A stretch of 64,000 nt of DNA from Actinomycetota bacterium. GTDB taxonomy: Bacteria; Actinomycetota; Thermoleophilia; Gaiellales; Gaiellaceae. The translations under genes were made by a program, and so were the position numbers. The notes under the pieces were generated by a model. That model was not told the origin of the DNA. It worked only from the letters and a program-made list of their open reading frames with translations, and did not search any database. How positions within the stretch are numbered: the stretch's first letter is position 1; every line of letters starts with the position of its first letter. Location of the stretch: contig JBKPRX010000011.1 in assembly GCA_046734795.1 (NCBI GenBank), positions 536-64,535 of the forward strand, given 5' to 3'. Positions 18,315 to 28,110 of the stretch are shown piece by piece.

Positions 18315-20621
18315 CTAGGAACCGTGGGGGTGGACGTCGACGAGTCCGAGGCGCGCAGCGCAGCTGATCGCCTCGCTCCGGCTCGTCACGCCGAGCTTGC
18401 GGTAGACCGAGATCGCCTGCGTCTTGATCGTGTTTCGCGACACGTAGAGATGCTCGCCGATCTCGCGGAACGAGAGATGCGTGCTCAGAAACGGCAGGAG
18501 GCGTAGCTCGGCGGGAGTCAGGCCGGCGCTCGCTCCTTCGGGATCCGGAAGCGCTTCGACCTCGCGTCCGAGAGCCGCGACTTCGTCTGCCAAAAGCCCG
18601 CCCTGAGGCCACTCGCGTAGCAGCAGGTGGATCTCGGCGAGCAGCGAGCGGACCGTCCGGGTCTCGCGGAGCGCGAGATACGCGCGCGCAAGCTCGAGGC
18701 GCGTCTGCAGTCCATACCACGGAAGTGATCCGCGGCCGAGCGACGGCACAGCGATGCGAACCGTGTCGAGGGCGGCCCGGGCACTCTCCCAATGCCCGTT
18801 ACGGAGAGCCGCGCGCGCTGATGCCGCCAGCGCTAACGCAGTCGTTCCGTAGCCATCAAGCCGGCCCTTCTCCAACAGCTCTTGGGCTTCCTCTGCCAAT
18901 CGCTCGGCCGCAGACGCGTCGTCGCGCGCGGCTGCGATGAGCGACCGCTCCGCGAGTGCGACAACTCGAGTGTCAGTCTGTCCAAGCCGATCCGCTTCCT
19001 CCGCTGCGTTCGCGAAGATCGGGTCGGCGCGTTCGTGTTCTCCAAGGAGCATGTGGCCGGCGCCGATCACGAGCAGCGCGACCGGACGAATGCTCTCGTC
19101 TCGTGAGCTTGTGAGAGCTTTTTCGGCCTCCGCGATCATCTGCTCGGCGCCGTCTTTGCAGAGCGAGGCCCGGATCACCGTCAACCATGCGCGCTGCGCT
19201 GCTGTTGCCTTTCCGTTAAATCCGTGCTCGGCGTGGGCGAGCCACTGCTCTGCCGTCGTCAGCCGACCGCGGAGCGCGTGCACCCAGCTGCCCTGCAGCG
19301 CGACTGTTGGATAGCGAACGAGCAGGGCGGCATCGTCGAAGCGCGCGAGCCAACGCTCGACCGTTGCGGCACGACCCGCGTGGTACATCGGCAGCGCGAT
19401 CGTCGTGAGGATCCGCGCAGCGCGGCGCGCGTCTCCGCTCGCGTGCGCATGCTCGAGTGCCGACTCGAGGTCCCCGTGCGCTTCGTGCCAGTCGGCTGCG
19501 CGGCGGTGAAGGAGCTGAACGACCTTCGGCTCCTCGTCGGTGAGCTCGCGCTGCAGCACGCTGCGGAAAAGCCGGTGATACCGGTACGAGCTCCGTCGCG
19601 CGTCGAGTGGAACGACGAAGAGATTCGCGCGCTCGATCTCCTCGAGCTTGCGGGCCGATCCTTTCGCGTCGAGTACTGCGTCGCAAAGGCTTCCGGACAT
19701 CTCCTCGAGGATGGAAGTGCGTCGCAGAAACTCGCGAGTGCCCGGGCTGAGCCGCGAGAGGTATTCCGTCTGGAAGTACGCATCGAGGCTGCGCGCGGGC
19801 CCGACGACCTTGATGGGCTTGTCGGCGTGCTGGATTCTCGCCGCGTCTTCGCGAAGCGACAGAGCAGCGAGATGAAGCGCGGCAGCCCAGCCCTCGCATT
19901 CACGTACGAGGATCGACGCCGACTCGAACGTAACGTCGACTCCGGCTGCTCGTAGGAGAAGCTGTCCTTCCCGCGGCGTGAGCGCGAGCTCGTCGGTCCC
20001 GAGCTCGAGCAGGTTCCCTGCCGCGCGCTGCGCGGCGATCGGCAGTTTCGGTGTCACGCGGCCCGCCAGCACGAGGGCCGATTCGTCCGTGAGGTGCCGC
20101 GCGAGCAGCGCGACCGCTTCTACTGACTCGGGCCCGCGCAGAAAATGGGCATCGTCGAGGACGATCACAAGCGGTCCCGCGTCCCCGACCGCAGCCGTCA
20201 GTCGTGGTAGCGCAGACGTCCACGGCGAAGCCTTCGGCTCGGCCAACGCGTCGAGCACGTGTGGATCGAGCTCCACACAGCCATCGACCGCCGCGGCGAT
20301 GTGGCGGAGCAAGACGAGGAGCTCGCGATCGCCCTCGTCGATCGTCACCCAGGCAAACGGCCGCTCGTCCCGTGCCGCCCACTGTGCAAGCGCCGTCGTC
20401 TTGCCGTAACCCGCGGGAGCCGTCAGGGTCACAACCGCCGAGGTGTGGTTCGCGCGAAAGCGGTTCACGAGCGCCGTCCGCGAGACGAGGCCTGCGCGCG
20501 GAACAGGTACGCCGAGCTTCGACTCGACGATCTCGAACGGCAGCGCAACGAGCTCGCGCTCTACCGCCGGCAGAACGAGAGGCTTCGTCGTCGCAATCGT
20601 CTTCGTGCTCCGGCTCGCCAT
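18315..20621 (-). CDS. LAL-type (large ATP-binding, STAND) LuxR-family transcriptional regulator
   Basis: Has Walker A APAGYGKTTAL, a long helical/TPR-like middle and a C-terminal LuxR HTH (LTPAELRLLPFLSTHLSFREIGEHLYVSRNTIKTQAISVYRKLG). Confidence 0.9.
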   Translation of the reverse strand: MASRSTKTIATTKPLVLPAVERELVALPFEIVESKLGVPVPRAGLVSRTALVNRFRANHTSAVVTLTAPAGYGKTTALAQWAARDERPFAWVTIDEGDRELLVLLRHIAAAVDGCVELDPHVLDALAEPKASPWTSALPRLTAAVGDAGPLVIVLDDAHFLRGPESVEAVALLARHLTDESALVLAGRVTPKLPIAAQRAAGNLLELGTDELALTPREGQLLLRAAGVDVTFESASILVRECEGWAAALHLAALSLREDAARIQHADKPIKVVGPARSLDAYFQTEYLSRLSPGTREFLRRTSILEEMSGSLCDAVLDAKGSARKLEEIERANLFVVPLDARRSSYRYHRLFRSVLQRELTDEEPKVVQLLHRRAADWHEAHGDLESALEHAHASGDARRAARILTTIALPMYHAGRAATVERWLARFDDAALLVRYPTVALQGSWVHALRGRLTTAEQWLAHAEHGFNGKATAAQRAWLTVIRASLCKDGAEQMIAEAEKALTSSRDESIRPVALLVIGAGHMLLGEHERADPIFANAAEEADRLGQTDTRVVALAERSLIAAARDDASAAERLAEEAQELLEKGRLDGYGTTALALAASARAALRNGHWESARAALDTVRIAVPSLGRGSLPWYGLQTRLELARAYLALRETRTVRSLLAEIHLLLREWPQGGLLADEVAALGREVEALPDPEGASAGLTPAELRLLPFLSTHLSFREIGEHLYVSRNTIKTQAISVYRKLGVTSRSEAISCAARLGLVDVHPHGS

Positions 20622-20624
20622 GGT

Positions 20625-22964
20625 CTACGCCGCATCCGGGGTGGTGTGGAGTGCGCCGGCGGCCGCAATCGCTTCGCTTCGTCCGCTGACGCCGAACTTG
20701 CGGTAGATCGAGATCGCCTGCGTCTTCACCGTGTTGCGCGAGACGTGCAAGTCGTCGGCGATCTCTCGGAACGAGAGATGGGTCGCAAGAAGCGGAAGGA
20801 GGCGGAGCTCGGCCGGCGTCAGGCCGGTCGGTACGCGCTCTGCTTCGGGCAGCGCTACGGCATCGCGTCCCACTGAGGCGACGCGTTCGACGAGCACGCC
20901 GAGGCGAGGGCGGAGGGCGAGGATCAGATCGGCCTCGTCGAACAGTGCGAGCGCAAGGTTCCGGTCGCGCAGACGGACGCAGCAGCGAGCGAGTTCGAGC
21001 CGCGCATGCACCGCGAGCCACGGCAACGAATCCGTGAGCTGTGTGCGAAGCGGCTGCGCGGTTGCGACGAGCTCTCGCGCCTCCGCCCACCTTCCGTGTC
21101 GGAGCGACGTCTGCGCGCAGGCCGCGAGCGCGATCGCAAACGTCGGGTACTCATCGAGTTCGGACGCGCGCGCGAGTGCCTCCGCTTGCGCAGACAGTTC
21201 GTCGGCGCGGTCGAGGTCGCCTCGTTCTCGTGCAATCAGCGACAGCTGGCCGAGCGCGACCATTTCCGTCTCCGCGCAGCCGAGAGCATGCGCGGCTTCC
21301 ACCGTCTCACCGAGCAGCGACTCCGACTCGCCGACGGCGTCGAGGAGCATCGCCGCCGTGCCGCGCATATGCAGCGCGAGCGGGTACCAATGGCTCGCCT
21401 GCGGGAGCTTCACGAGGGCAGCTCCCGCGTCGGCGAGCATCTTGCGTGCGCCCGCGCGGCACATCGCTGCACGGACGACGCTGATTCGGGGGCGAAGCAC
21501 GGCGGCGTCCCTTCCACGTCGACGGGCCCCACGTTCGGCGAGGTCGAGCCACCGTTCGGCTTCTGCCGCTCGCCCCCGAAACGTATGAATTCGAGAACCA
21601 TGAAGTGCCACAGCGGGATATCGCTCGAGCTGTCGCGTGTCGCCGAAACGCGCGAGTGATCGCTCGATCTGGCGGACGTGTCCGCGATTCGACGCCGGAA
21701 TCGCGATCGCCGCGATGATCGTCGCGACGCGTCCTGCGTCTCCGGCCGAGTTCGCGTGCTCGAGTGCAGCCTCCGGATCGCCGACCGTCTCGAACCAATC
21801 TGCGGCGCGCGAATGGAGCGTCTGGACGATCTGCGGCTCGTGGGTCGTCAGCTCGCGCAGCAAGAACTCCCGGACGAGGCGATGCAAGCGATACGAGCCA
21901 CGGTCGTCGTCGAGCGGCAGGATCACCTGCGCGCGCGCGAGCTTCCGCAGCTCGAGCTCCGACGCATCGATCTGCAGCACGGCGTCGCACAGCGGAGGAC
22001 TGAGTTCCTCGAGGATCGAGGTTCTCCGCAGGAAGCGAACGTCCGCCGGTCGTAGCTGTGAGAGGAATTCAGCTCGCATGTAGTCGGCGACGTAGCGGTC
22101 CTCGCCACCGACGTGCTCGGACGCGCCGCGGACGTCGAGAGTCCCACGGGTCGTGTCGCGAACCGAGAGCGCAGCGAGATAGAGCGCAGCCGGCCAGCCT
22201 TCGCACAGCTCGGCGAGCTCTGCGATCTGCTGTTCCGACAGATCCTCGTTCGCGCGTTGGAGGAGCAGCTCTGCGTCTCTGTTGCTCAGCGTGAGCTCGT
22301 GGATGCCCAGCTCGGCGAGACTGTCCGTCGCTCGGAGTGCCGCAAGCGGAAGGCCGGGCGCCGTCCTCGACCCGAGGGCGATTGTCGAGCCTGCCGGTGT
22401 CCGGGCGACGAGCATGGCGAGCGCTGCGCGCGCTTCTTTTCCGTGGAGCAGGTCGGCGTTGTCGAGGACGAGGAGAAACGGCATGCGGCACGAGCCGAGC
22501 GCGCGGGCAGCGCGCGCGGCGAGCGGCGCCGACTCGGGTGGGCGGCGCGCCGCGAGCAGGTTCAGTAGGCGCTCGTCGAGCGGCTCGATCCGATCGATCG
22601 CAGCGCTGACGTGCTTGAGGAAGACGTGCGGGTCGTTGTCGCGCTCGTCGGTCGAGACCCAGGCGACGCTGCGACTCTCCGCAGCTGCCCATTGGGCGAG
22701 CAGCGTCGTCTTGCCGTAGCCTGCAGGGGCGACGATGCTCGCGACCGTCGCCGTCTCGCGTCGGAGCCGGCTCACGGTCCCCGGCCGCGCGATGACCCCG
22801 GCGCGGAGTGTCGGCGGCCTGAGCTTCGCCTCGATCACGTCGAGGCTCGGTCGGTGGACCGACTCTACGGAGCGGTTGCCAAGTCGCTCGCCGCGCCGAC
22901 GCTCAACGTCAACAGGCGCAGCCTGGGCCGTCCGCCTCAGCGAGAGATCGTCTTTCGGGGCCAT
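20625..22964 (-). CDS. LAL-type LuxR-family transcriptional regulator (tandem paralog)
   Basis: Has Walker A APAGYGKTTLL and a C-terminal HTH (LTPAELRLLPLLATHLSFREIADDLHVSRNTVKTQAISIYRKFG). Only 3 nt separate it from the downstream paralog. Confidence 0.9.
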   Translation of the reverse strand: MAPKDDLSLRRTAQAAPVDVERRRGERLGNRSVESVHRPSLDVIEAKLRPPTLRAGVIARPGTVSRLRRETATVASIVAPAGYGKTTLLAQWAAAESRSVAWVSTDERDNDPHVFLKHVSAAIDRIEPLDERLLNLLAARRPPESAPLAARAARALGSCRMPFLLVLDNADLLHGKEARAALAMLVARTPAGSTIALGSRTAPGLPLAALRATDSLAELGIHELTLSNRDAELLLQRANEDLSEQQIAELAELCEGWPAALYLAALSVRDTTRGTLDVRGASEHVGGEDRYVADYMRAEFLSQLRPADVRFLRRTSILEELSPPLCDAVLQIDASELELRKLARAQVILPLDDDRGSYRLHRLVREFLLRELTTHEPQIVQTLHSRAADWFETVGDPEAALEHANSAGDAGRVATIIAAIAIPASNRGHVRQIERSLARFGDTRQLERYPAVALHGSRIHTFRGRAAEAERWLDLAERGARRRGRDAAVLRPRISVVRAAMCRAGARKMLADAGAALVKLPQASHWYPLALHMRGTAAMLLDAVGESESLLGETVEAAHALGCAETEMVALGQLSLIARERGDLDRADELSAQAEALARASELDEYPTFAIALAACAQTSLRHGRWAEARELVATAQPLRTQLTDSLPWLAVHARLELARCCVRLRDRNLALALFDEADLILALRPRLGVLVERVASVGRDAVALPEAERVPTGLTPAELRLLPLLATHLSFREIADDLHVSRNTVKTQAISIYRKFGVSGRSEAIAAAGALHTTPDAA

Positions 22965-23146
22965 CGAAGCTCCTCACGCGCGCGTCAGTGCTCGCGCTCC
23001 ACCGGTCCGAGTCGACCCCGAGTATCCCCAGCCTGTGGATGTCTTCGCAATCATGTGGACATGCCAGTGCAGGCGGGCCGGGCGGCGGAGGTTCACCACA
23101 GGGCCGGTCGGCTAACGCACATGGGTCGACTGGCCGGTTGGCCGAG

Positions 23147-23530
23147 TCAGTCCGCACTCTGGCTGCGACAGTGCCGAGCCCAAATCTCCTCCACGAGCCT
23201 CGGCCGCAGGTCGCCTTTCCACAGGACGAGATCCGCGGCGCAGTCGCCTGCGTCTGCCGGCAGGTCGTCCGGGTGCGTCGCGGAGATGAGAAAGACGAGC
23301 GTCTCCGGGCGTATCGCCTTGATCGCCCGTGTCGCTTCGATGCCGCCGAGCCCGGGCATTTCGACGTCCATCAGCACGAGATCGGGTTCGAGCTCGGGCA
23401 CGAGAGCAACAGCCGCTTCGCCTGATTCCGCCTCGCCGACGAGGGCAAGCGCCGAGGTCGCCTCGACGAGCGACCGCAGCGCGCTCCGGACACATGGCTG
23501 ATCATCGACCGTGATCACGCAGCCCGGCAC
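23147..23530 (-). CDS. single-domain response regulator (CheY-like receiver)
   Basis: Has VITVDDQP..., the phospho-acceptor context DLVLMDVEMPGLGG, and LISAT. No output domain is present. Confidence 0.8.
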   Translation of the reverse strand: MPGCVITVDDQPCVRSALRSLVEATSALALVGEAESGEAAVALVPELEPDLVLMDVEMPGLGGIEATRAIKAIRPETLVFLISATHPDDLPADAGDCAADLVLWKGDLRPRLVEEIWARHCRSQSAD

Positions 23531-23646
23531 CCCTCGCGGTTCGATCTCGCCGATCGGACGCCTCCCTTTGGGACAACGAACCGCGACCCATGATTAATGG
23601 TCGGATCACGATCCGCGCCGGTGCGTGCATGTATTTGGCCCCGGTA

Positions 23647-24315
23647 CTAGCCGGTGTTGTCGGCGAGATAGACGAGCGCCGCACGCACACGTCGGCTGAT
23701 CTCGGCCGGATCGCCGAGGTCGAGCTTCGTGAAGATGCTGTTGATGTGACGTTCCACCGCCCGCTTCGTCAAGAAGAGAGATTCCGCGATCGCGGAGTTA
23801 CTTCGCCCTTCCGCGATCAAGCCCAGGATCTCGAGCTCGCGCGGGGTCAGAGCCTCGAGCTTCGACCGCTCGCGTGCGCGTGAGGCCGTGAGCAGCTTCT
23901 CGACGACGGCGGGGTCGACCACGGATCCGCCTTCGGCGACCGATCGCAGCGTTCGAACGAGTTCCTCCGCGTCCTTGACGCGCTCTTTCAGCAGGTAGGC
24001 GCGGCGATCGGAGCCAGTCTCGAAGAGCGCAGTGGCAAGGGCCGGCTCGTTGTGCTGGCTCAGGACGACGACGCCGATCTCCGGCTCGGACTTGCGAAGC
24101 TCGCTCGCTAGCCGGATGCCCTCGTCGGTGTGCGTCGGCGGCATCCGGATATCCGTCACGACGACGTCGGGGCGCTGCTCGCCGATCGCCGCCTCGAGCG
24201 ACTCGAGGTCGCCACACGTCGCGACGAGCTCGATCCCTTCGGCGCGCGCGATCACCGAGGCCACGGCCTCACGCGCGAGATAACTGTCCTCGCCGAGGAT
24301 CACACGGACTGTCAT
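23647..24315 (-). CDS. NarL/FixJ-family response regulator
   Basis: Receiver (VVVTDIRMPP) plus LuxR HTH (LTPRELEILGLIAEGRSNSAIAESLFLTKRAVERHINSIFTKL). Confidence 0.9.
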   Translation of the reverse strand: MTVRVILGEDSYLAREAVASVIARAEGIELVATCGDLESLEAAIGEQRPDVVVTDIRMPPTHTDEGIRLASELRKSEPEIGVVVLSQHNEPALATALFETGSDRRAYLLKERVKDAEELVRTLRSVAEGGSVVDPAVVEKLLTASRARERSKLEALTPRELEILGLIAEGRSNSAIAESLFLTKRAVERHINSIFTKLDLGDPAEISRRVRAALVYLADNTG

Positions 24316-24495
24316 TGGCTCATTGGGTCTGACATTTGTAGAGACAGCGACACATTCAAGAGGTTGGCGTACGCGGCGCGTCGCCGCATCGGTCTAACGG
24401 CCAATCCACGGTACGGCTTTCCGACGGTTGGTGCGAGCAGTCTTAGGCCTTTAGACTTTGAAAAACGTGATGCCATTCACGGAAGGGCCCCCGCC

Positions 24496-26106
24496 GTGAG
24501 CGACACGCATATCTCTGTGGCACCTCCGCGAACTCGGTCATCGGACGAACGTTGGCTGCTCGGCGACCGCGGGCGATACGTCGTCACCGTCCTCCTCGTC
24601 GCCGCCGCGTATTACGGGTTGGCGAAGCTCGGTCAGGCGCTCAGCTACACGGCGTCTGTCTCTGCCATCTGGCTGCCCGTCGGCCTCGGGATTGCCGTCC
24701 TCTATCTTCGCGGCCTCTCGCTCTGGCCCGGCATCTTCCTCGGCGAGCTGATCGTCAACGCGCAGCTTCTCGTCGGCAACTCCCCGATCCCGATCGGGAG
24801 CGTCGCAGGACAGCAGCTCGGGAACATGGTCGAAGTCGTCGTCGGCGCCTGGTTGCTCCGGCGACTGATCGGACCCCGGGCGCGGCTCGATCGGGCGTCC
24901 GAAGTCGTCGGCCTGCTGCTCGCGGTCGGCGCTGCGACGGCGATCAGCGCGACGTGTGGGACGTTGTCGATCCTCGCGGGCGGCCTCATCGGCATGCATG
25001 CGATCCCGAGCTTTTGGCGTACGTGGTGGCTCGGCGACACGGCGGGTGCACTCGTCGTGCTTCCACTCGTGCTCACGTGGTTCGGCGATTTGCGTGCCGC
25101 GTGGCGGCGGATGTGCACGGTCGAAGGAGCGTTTCTCGTCGTGACGGTGATCGCGCTTGCAGCGGTGGCGGTCTCGAGCCAGGCGCCGCTTACGTATCTC
25201 TTCTTTCCGGCTTTGATCTGGGCGGCGTTCCGATTCGGCCCCGTCGGTGCGTCGCTTGCGACGGCGATCAACGCACTGCTGACGATCGGGATCACCGCCG
25301 ATCGTGTCGGTGCGTTCTTCCGCCAGCCGATCAACGACCGGACGCTCAGCACGCAGCTGTACGTCCTTACGTGTGCGTTGACCGGGCTCTTCTTGAGCGC
25401 CGTCGTGAGCGAGCGCGAGCGCTCGGCTGCGGATCTCGTCGAGTCGCGGCGACGCGAGAACGAGCGAGGGCTTGCCGAACGACGCCGGATCGCCCGCGAC
25501 TTGCACGATTCGGTCTCGCAGGCGCTCTTCTCGAGCATGCTTCACGCACGCGCAGCCGAGCGGGCAATCGCGGACACCGAGGAGAACGGCGCGCCCAAGC
25601 TCAAAGAGAGTCTGCAAGCGATCGCCGAGCTGACGAGGCGAGCGCAACGCGAGATGCGAAGCTTCATCTTCGAGTGGGGCCCTGGCGGAATCGGCGACGG
25701 ACTCGTCTCCGGTCTGAGTAGGCATGCGACGAGCCTCGCTCGCGACTCGGGCCTCGACGTCGAGGTCCGAGGTCCCGCCGACTCGCTGCCGCTGACCCGC
25801 GCCACGCAAGCTCAGCTGTACGGCATCGCGCGCGAGGCGCTCGCGAACGTCGTCAAGCACTCGGGCGCCGGAACCGCAACGGTCCGCATCGCTCCGAGCA
25901 ATGGGCACGTGATCATGGAGATCGCCGACACCGGGCGCGGCTTCGTGCAAGGGTCGGCGCCTCCAGGCCATCACGGGCTCGAGTCGATGCGGAGCCGCGC
26001 ACGAGAGATCGACGGCGAGCTCGAGGTCCGAAGCAACCCGGGCTCCGGCACAGTCGTCCGCCTAGCCGTCCGGTCGGAACAGGCTGACGAGCGCGATGGC
26101 GGTTGA
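24496..26106 (+). CDS. MASE1-domain sensor histidine kinase (HisKA_3 + HATPase_c)
   Basis: The real part of track ORF 24130..26106 starts at GTG 24496. It has a MASE1-like 8-TM sensor (SAIWLPVGLGIAVLYLRG...WWLGDTAGALVVLPL), then RRIARDLHDSVSQAL, and ATPase motifs NVVKHSG, DTGRGF and GLESMRSRA. Confidence 0.9.
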   Translation: MSDTHISVAPPRTRSSDERWLLGDRGRYVVTVLLVAAAYYGLAKLGQALSYTASVSAIWLPVGLGIAVLYLRGLSLWPGIFLGELIVNAQLLVGNSPIPIGSVAGQQLGNMVEVVVGAWLLRRLIGPRARLDRASEVVGLLLAVGAATAISATCGTLSILAGGLIGMHAIPSFWRTWWLGDTAGALVVLPLVLTWFGDLRAAWRRMCTVEGAFLVVTVIALAAVAVSSQAPLTYLFFPALIWAAFRFGPVGASLATAINALLTIGITADRVGAFFRQPINDRTLSTQLYVLTCALTGLFLSAVVSERERSAADLVESRRRENERGLAERRRIARDLHDSVSQALFSSMLHARAAERAIADTEENGAPKLKESLQAIAELTRRAQREMRSFIFEWGPGGIGDGLVSGLSRHATSLARDSGLDVEVRGPADSLPLTRATQAQLYGIAREALANVVKHSGAGTATVRIAPSNGHVIMEIADTGRGFVQGSAPPGHHGLESMRSRAREIDGELEVRSNPGSGTVVRLAVRSEQADERDGG

Positions 26107-26806
26107 CGCCGGCGAGGTGATCCGCGTTCTGCTCGTCGACGATCACGCAGTCGTGCGGAGCGGTCTCTTCGCGTTTCTCGGCTCGGAGCCCGATCTCGAG
26201 GTCGTCGGCGACGCGGCGGGCGGCGAGGAAGCGCTCGAGCTTCTCGCGCAGCTCGACACCGCCGGTCGTCGCCCGCAGGTGGTTCTGATGGATCTTCAGA
26301 TGGAGCCGATGGACGGCATCGAGGCGACGCGGCGGATTCGCGCGCTCTACGACGACGTCGAGGTTGTCGCGCTGACGTCCTTCGGTGAGGAGGAGCGCGT
26401 GCACGCCGCGCTGCACGCGGGGGCGTCCGGGTATCTCCTCAAGGACGCGGACGCGGATGAAGTCGCAAACGCAGTGCGTGCTGCAGAGCGCGGAGAGCTG
26501 CAGCTCGATCCCGCGGTTGCGCGGCGGCTCGTCGAGTCGCTTCGAATCGTCGAGCGCGACGACCCGTCGGCGGAGCTCACGGCGCGCGAGCTCGAAGTCG
26601 TCGCTCTCATCGGAGCGGGCGAGCCGAACAAGCGGATCGCCGCCGCGCTCGGAATCGGCGAGCGCACGGTGCGCTCGCACGTCTCGAGCGTCCTCAGCAA
26701 GCTCGGGCTCACGTCGCGCACGCAAGTTGCGCTCTGGGCTGCGCGTGAAGGCATCGCCGGCGGCGAGGGCGGCCAGAGCGCGCACGCAGACCGAATCTCG
26801 CCCTGA
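26096..26806 (+). CDS. NarL-family response regulator
   Basis: Overlaps the kinase by 11 nt. Has VLLVDDH and VVLMDLQMEPMDG, with HTH LTARELEVVALIGAGEPNKRIAAALGIGERTVRSHVSSVLSKLG. Confidence 0.9.
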   Translation: MAVDAGEVIRVLLVDDHAVVRSGLFAFLGSEPDLEVVGDAAGGEEALELLAQLDTAGRRPQVVLMDLQMEPMDGIEATRRIRALYDDVEVVALTSFGEEERVHAALHAGASGYLLKDADADEVANAVRAAERGELQLDPAVARRLVESLRIVERDDPSAELTARELEVVALIGAGEPNKRIAAALGIGERTVRSHVSSVLSKLGLTSRTQVALWAAREGIAGGEGGQSAHADRISP

Positions 26807-27018
26807 GTCGTCCTCGAGCGCTCACCCGGATCACCCCCGGGGGATGACGCAAGCTTCGGGCGGCCTGCGCAGAGTCGTGGCACCGCGACCGGAGGTCTGC
26901 ACTGGCCAGCGCAACGGAAGACGCACGAGGCACGACTCCGTCGGACGCAGGTTCGGCGCAGCGTCGGGAACCGCGAACCACCAAGGCGCACGGCTGGCGG
27001 AGGTGGACGCCGTGGGTA

Positions 27019-28110
27019 TTGATCGTCCTGGCCGCGATCATCGCGCTCGTCGCGGCTCTCAACATTTGGGTGAAGCGTCAGGCGCTCAGCACTGACCACT
27101 GGACGGATGCGAGCTCGCGGCTGCTCGAAAACGACGAGATCCGGGGCGCGCTCTCCGTCTATCTGGTCAACCAGCTGTACCAGAACGTCGACGTGAGCAA
27201 GGCCTTGCAGGAGCGTCTGCCGGAGCAGACGAAGCCGCTCGCGCCGCCGATCGCAGCGGCGCTCGAGCCGGCGCTCGTTCGCGTCACCGACAACCTGCTC
27301 GGCCGGCCGCGCGTTCAACAGCTCTGGCGGAACGCGAATCGACGCGCGCATCAACTCTTCATTGCGGTGCTGGACGGCAAGCGCGGGATCCTCACGACGA
27401 CGAACGGCAATGTGGTCCTCAACCTGCGCCCGATCGTCGAGGAGATAGCCGCCGAGACAGGGGTGGGCGCGCGACTCGAGCAACGCCTTCCTCCAGACGC
27501 GGGGCAGATCGTCGTGATGAAGGGAAACCAGCTCGATGCCGGGCGGAAGGCCGTCAAGGTCGTGCGTGCGCTCAGCTACCTGCTCTCGTTCGTCGTGCTC
27601 GCGTTGTTCGCGGCGGCGATGTACATCGCGCGCGGTCGCCGAAGGTCGATCTTGTTGGCGATCGGCGCGAGCATCTTGGTCGTCGGACTGATCGTGCTCG
27701 TCGTTCGTCGACTCGCAGGGTCTTACATCGTCGACACGTTGACGACGAACCCCGACGCGAAGGCCCCCGTCAACGCCACCTGGGCGATCGGGACCGAGCT
27801 CCTCCGGAACGTCGGCTTCAACCTCGTCATCTATGGCGTGATCGGGATGCTCGCCGCGTGGATCGCTGGACCGTCTCGACCGGCGGTCGCGCTGCGGCGG
27901 TTCTCCGCGCCGACGATGCGCGAGCATCCGTGGATCGCGTACGCGTTGCTCTCGTTGCTGCTCCTCCTCGTGCTCGCAGCCGGACCGACTGACGGAGAGC
28001 GCGTGTATCCGCTGCTCCTTCTCTTCGCGCTTGCGTTCGTCGGCCTCGAGGTTCTGCGTAGACAGACGCTGCGCGAGTTTCCGTCCATCGAATCGGCTGC
28101 GCCCGCATGA
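27019..28110 (+). CDS. hypothetical membrane protein (N-terminal TM, ~180-aa extracytoplasmic helical region, 4-5 C-terminal TM)
   Basis: The TM pattern is clear and GC3 is high. No family recognised. The TTG start is uncertain because the frame is open upstream to 26848 with no canonical start. Confidence 0.7.
   Translation: MIVLAAIIALVAALNIWVKRQALSTDHWTDASSRLLENDEIRGALSVYLVNQLYQNVDVSKALQERLPEQTKPLAPPIAAALEPALVRVTDNLLGRPRVQQLWRNANRRAHQLFIAVLDGKRGILTTTNGNVVLNLRPIVEEIAAETGVGARLEQRLPPDAGQIVVMKGNQLDAGRKAVKVVRALSYLLSFVVLALFAAAMYIARGRRRSILLAIGASILVVGLIVLVVRRLAGSYIVDTLTTNPDAKAPVNATWAIGTELLRNVGFNLVIYGVIGMLAAWIAGPSRPAVALRRFSAPTMREHPWIAYALLSLLLLLVLAAGPTDGERVYPLLLLFALAFVGLEVLRRQTLREFPSIESAAPA

Noticed and set aside
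23531-23560. GGTTCGATC resembling a tRNA T-loop
   Set aside because: Flanking bases do not form a T-stem or acceptor stem, and no cloverleaf can be drawn. I found no tRNA, rRNA, tmRNA or RNase P-like sequence in any intergenic gap.
26844-27018. Possible N-terminal extension or frameshift of the membrane protein at 27019 (frame open to 26848; ATG 26844 in another frame)
   Set aside because: The upstream in-frame peptide is Arg/Ala/Thr-rich with no TM or conserved pattern, and the only in-frame candidate is a CTG with no SD. Unlike the UPF0104 and ASL cases, no family expectation argues for an extension.
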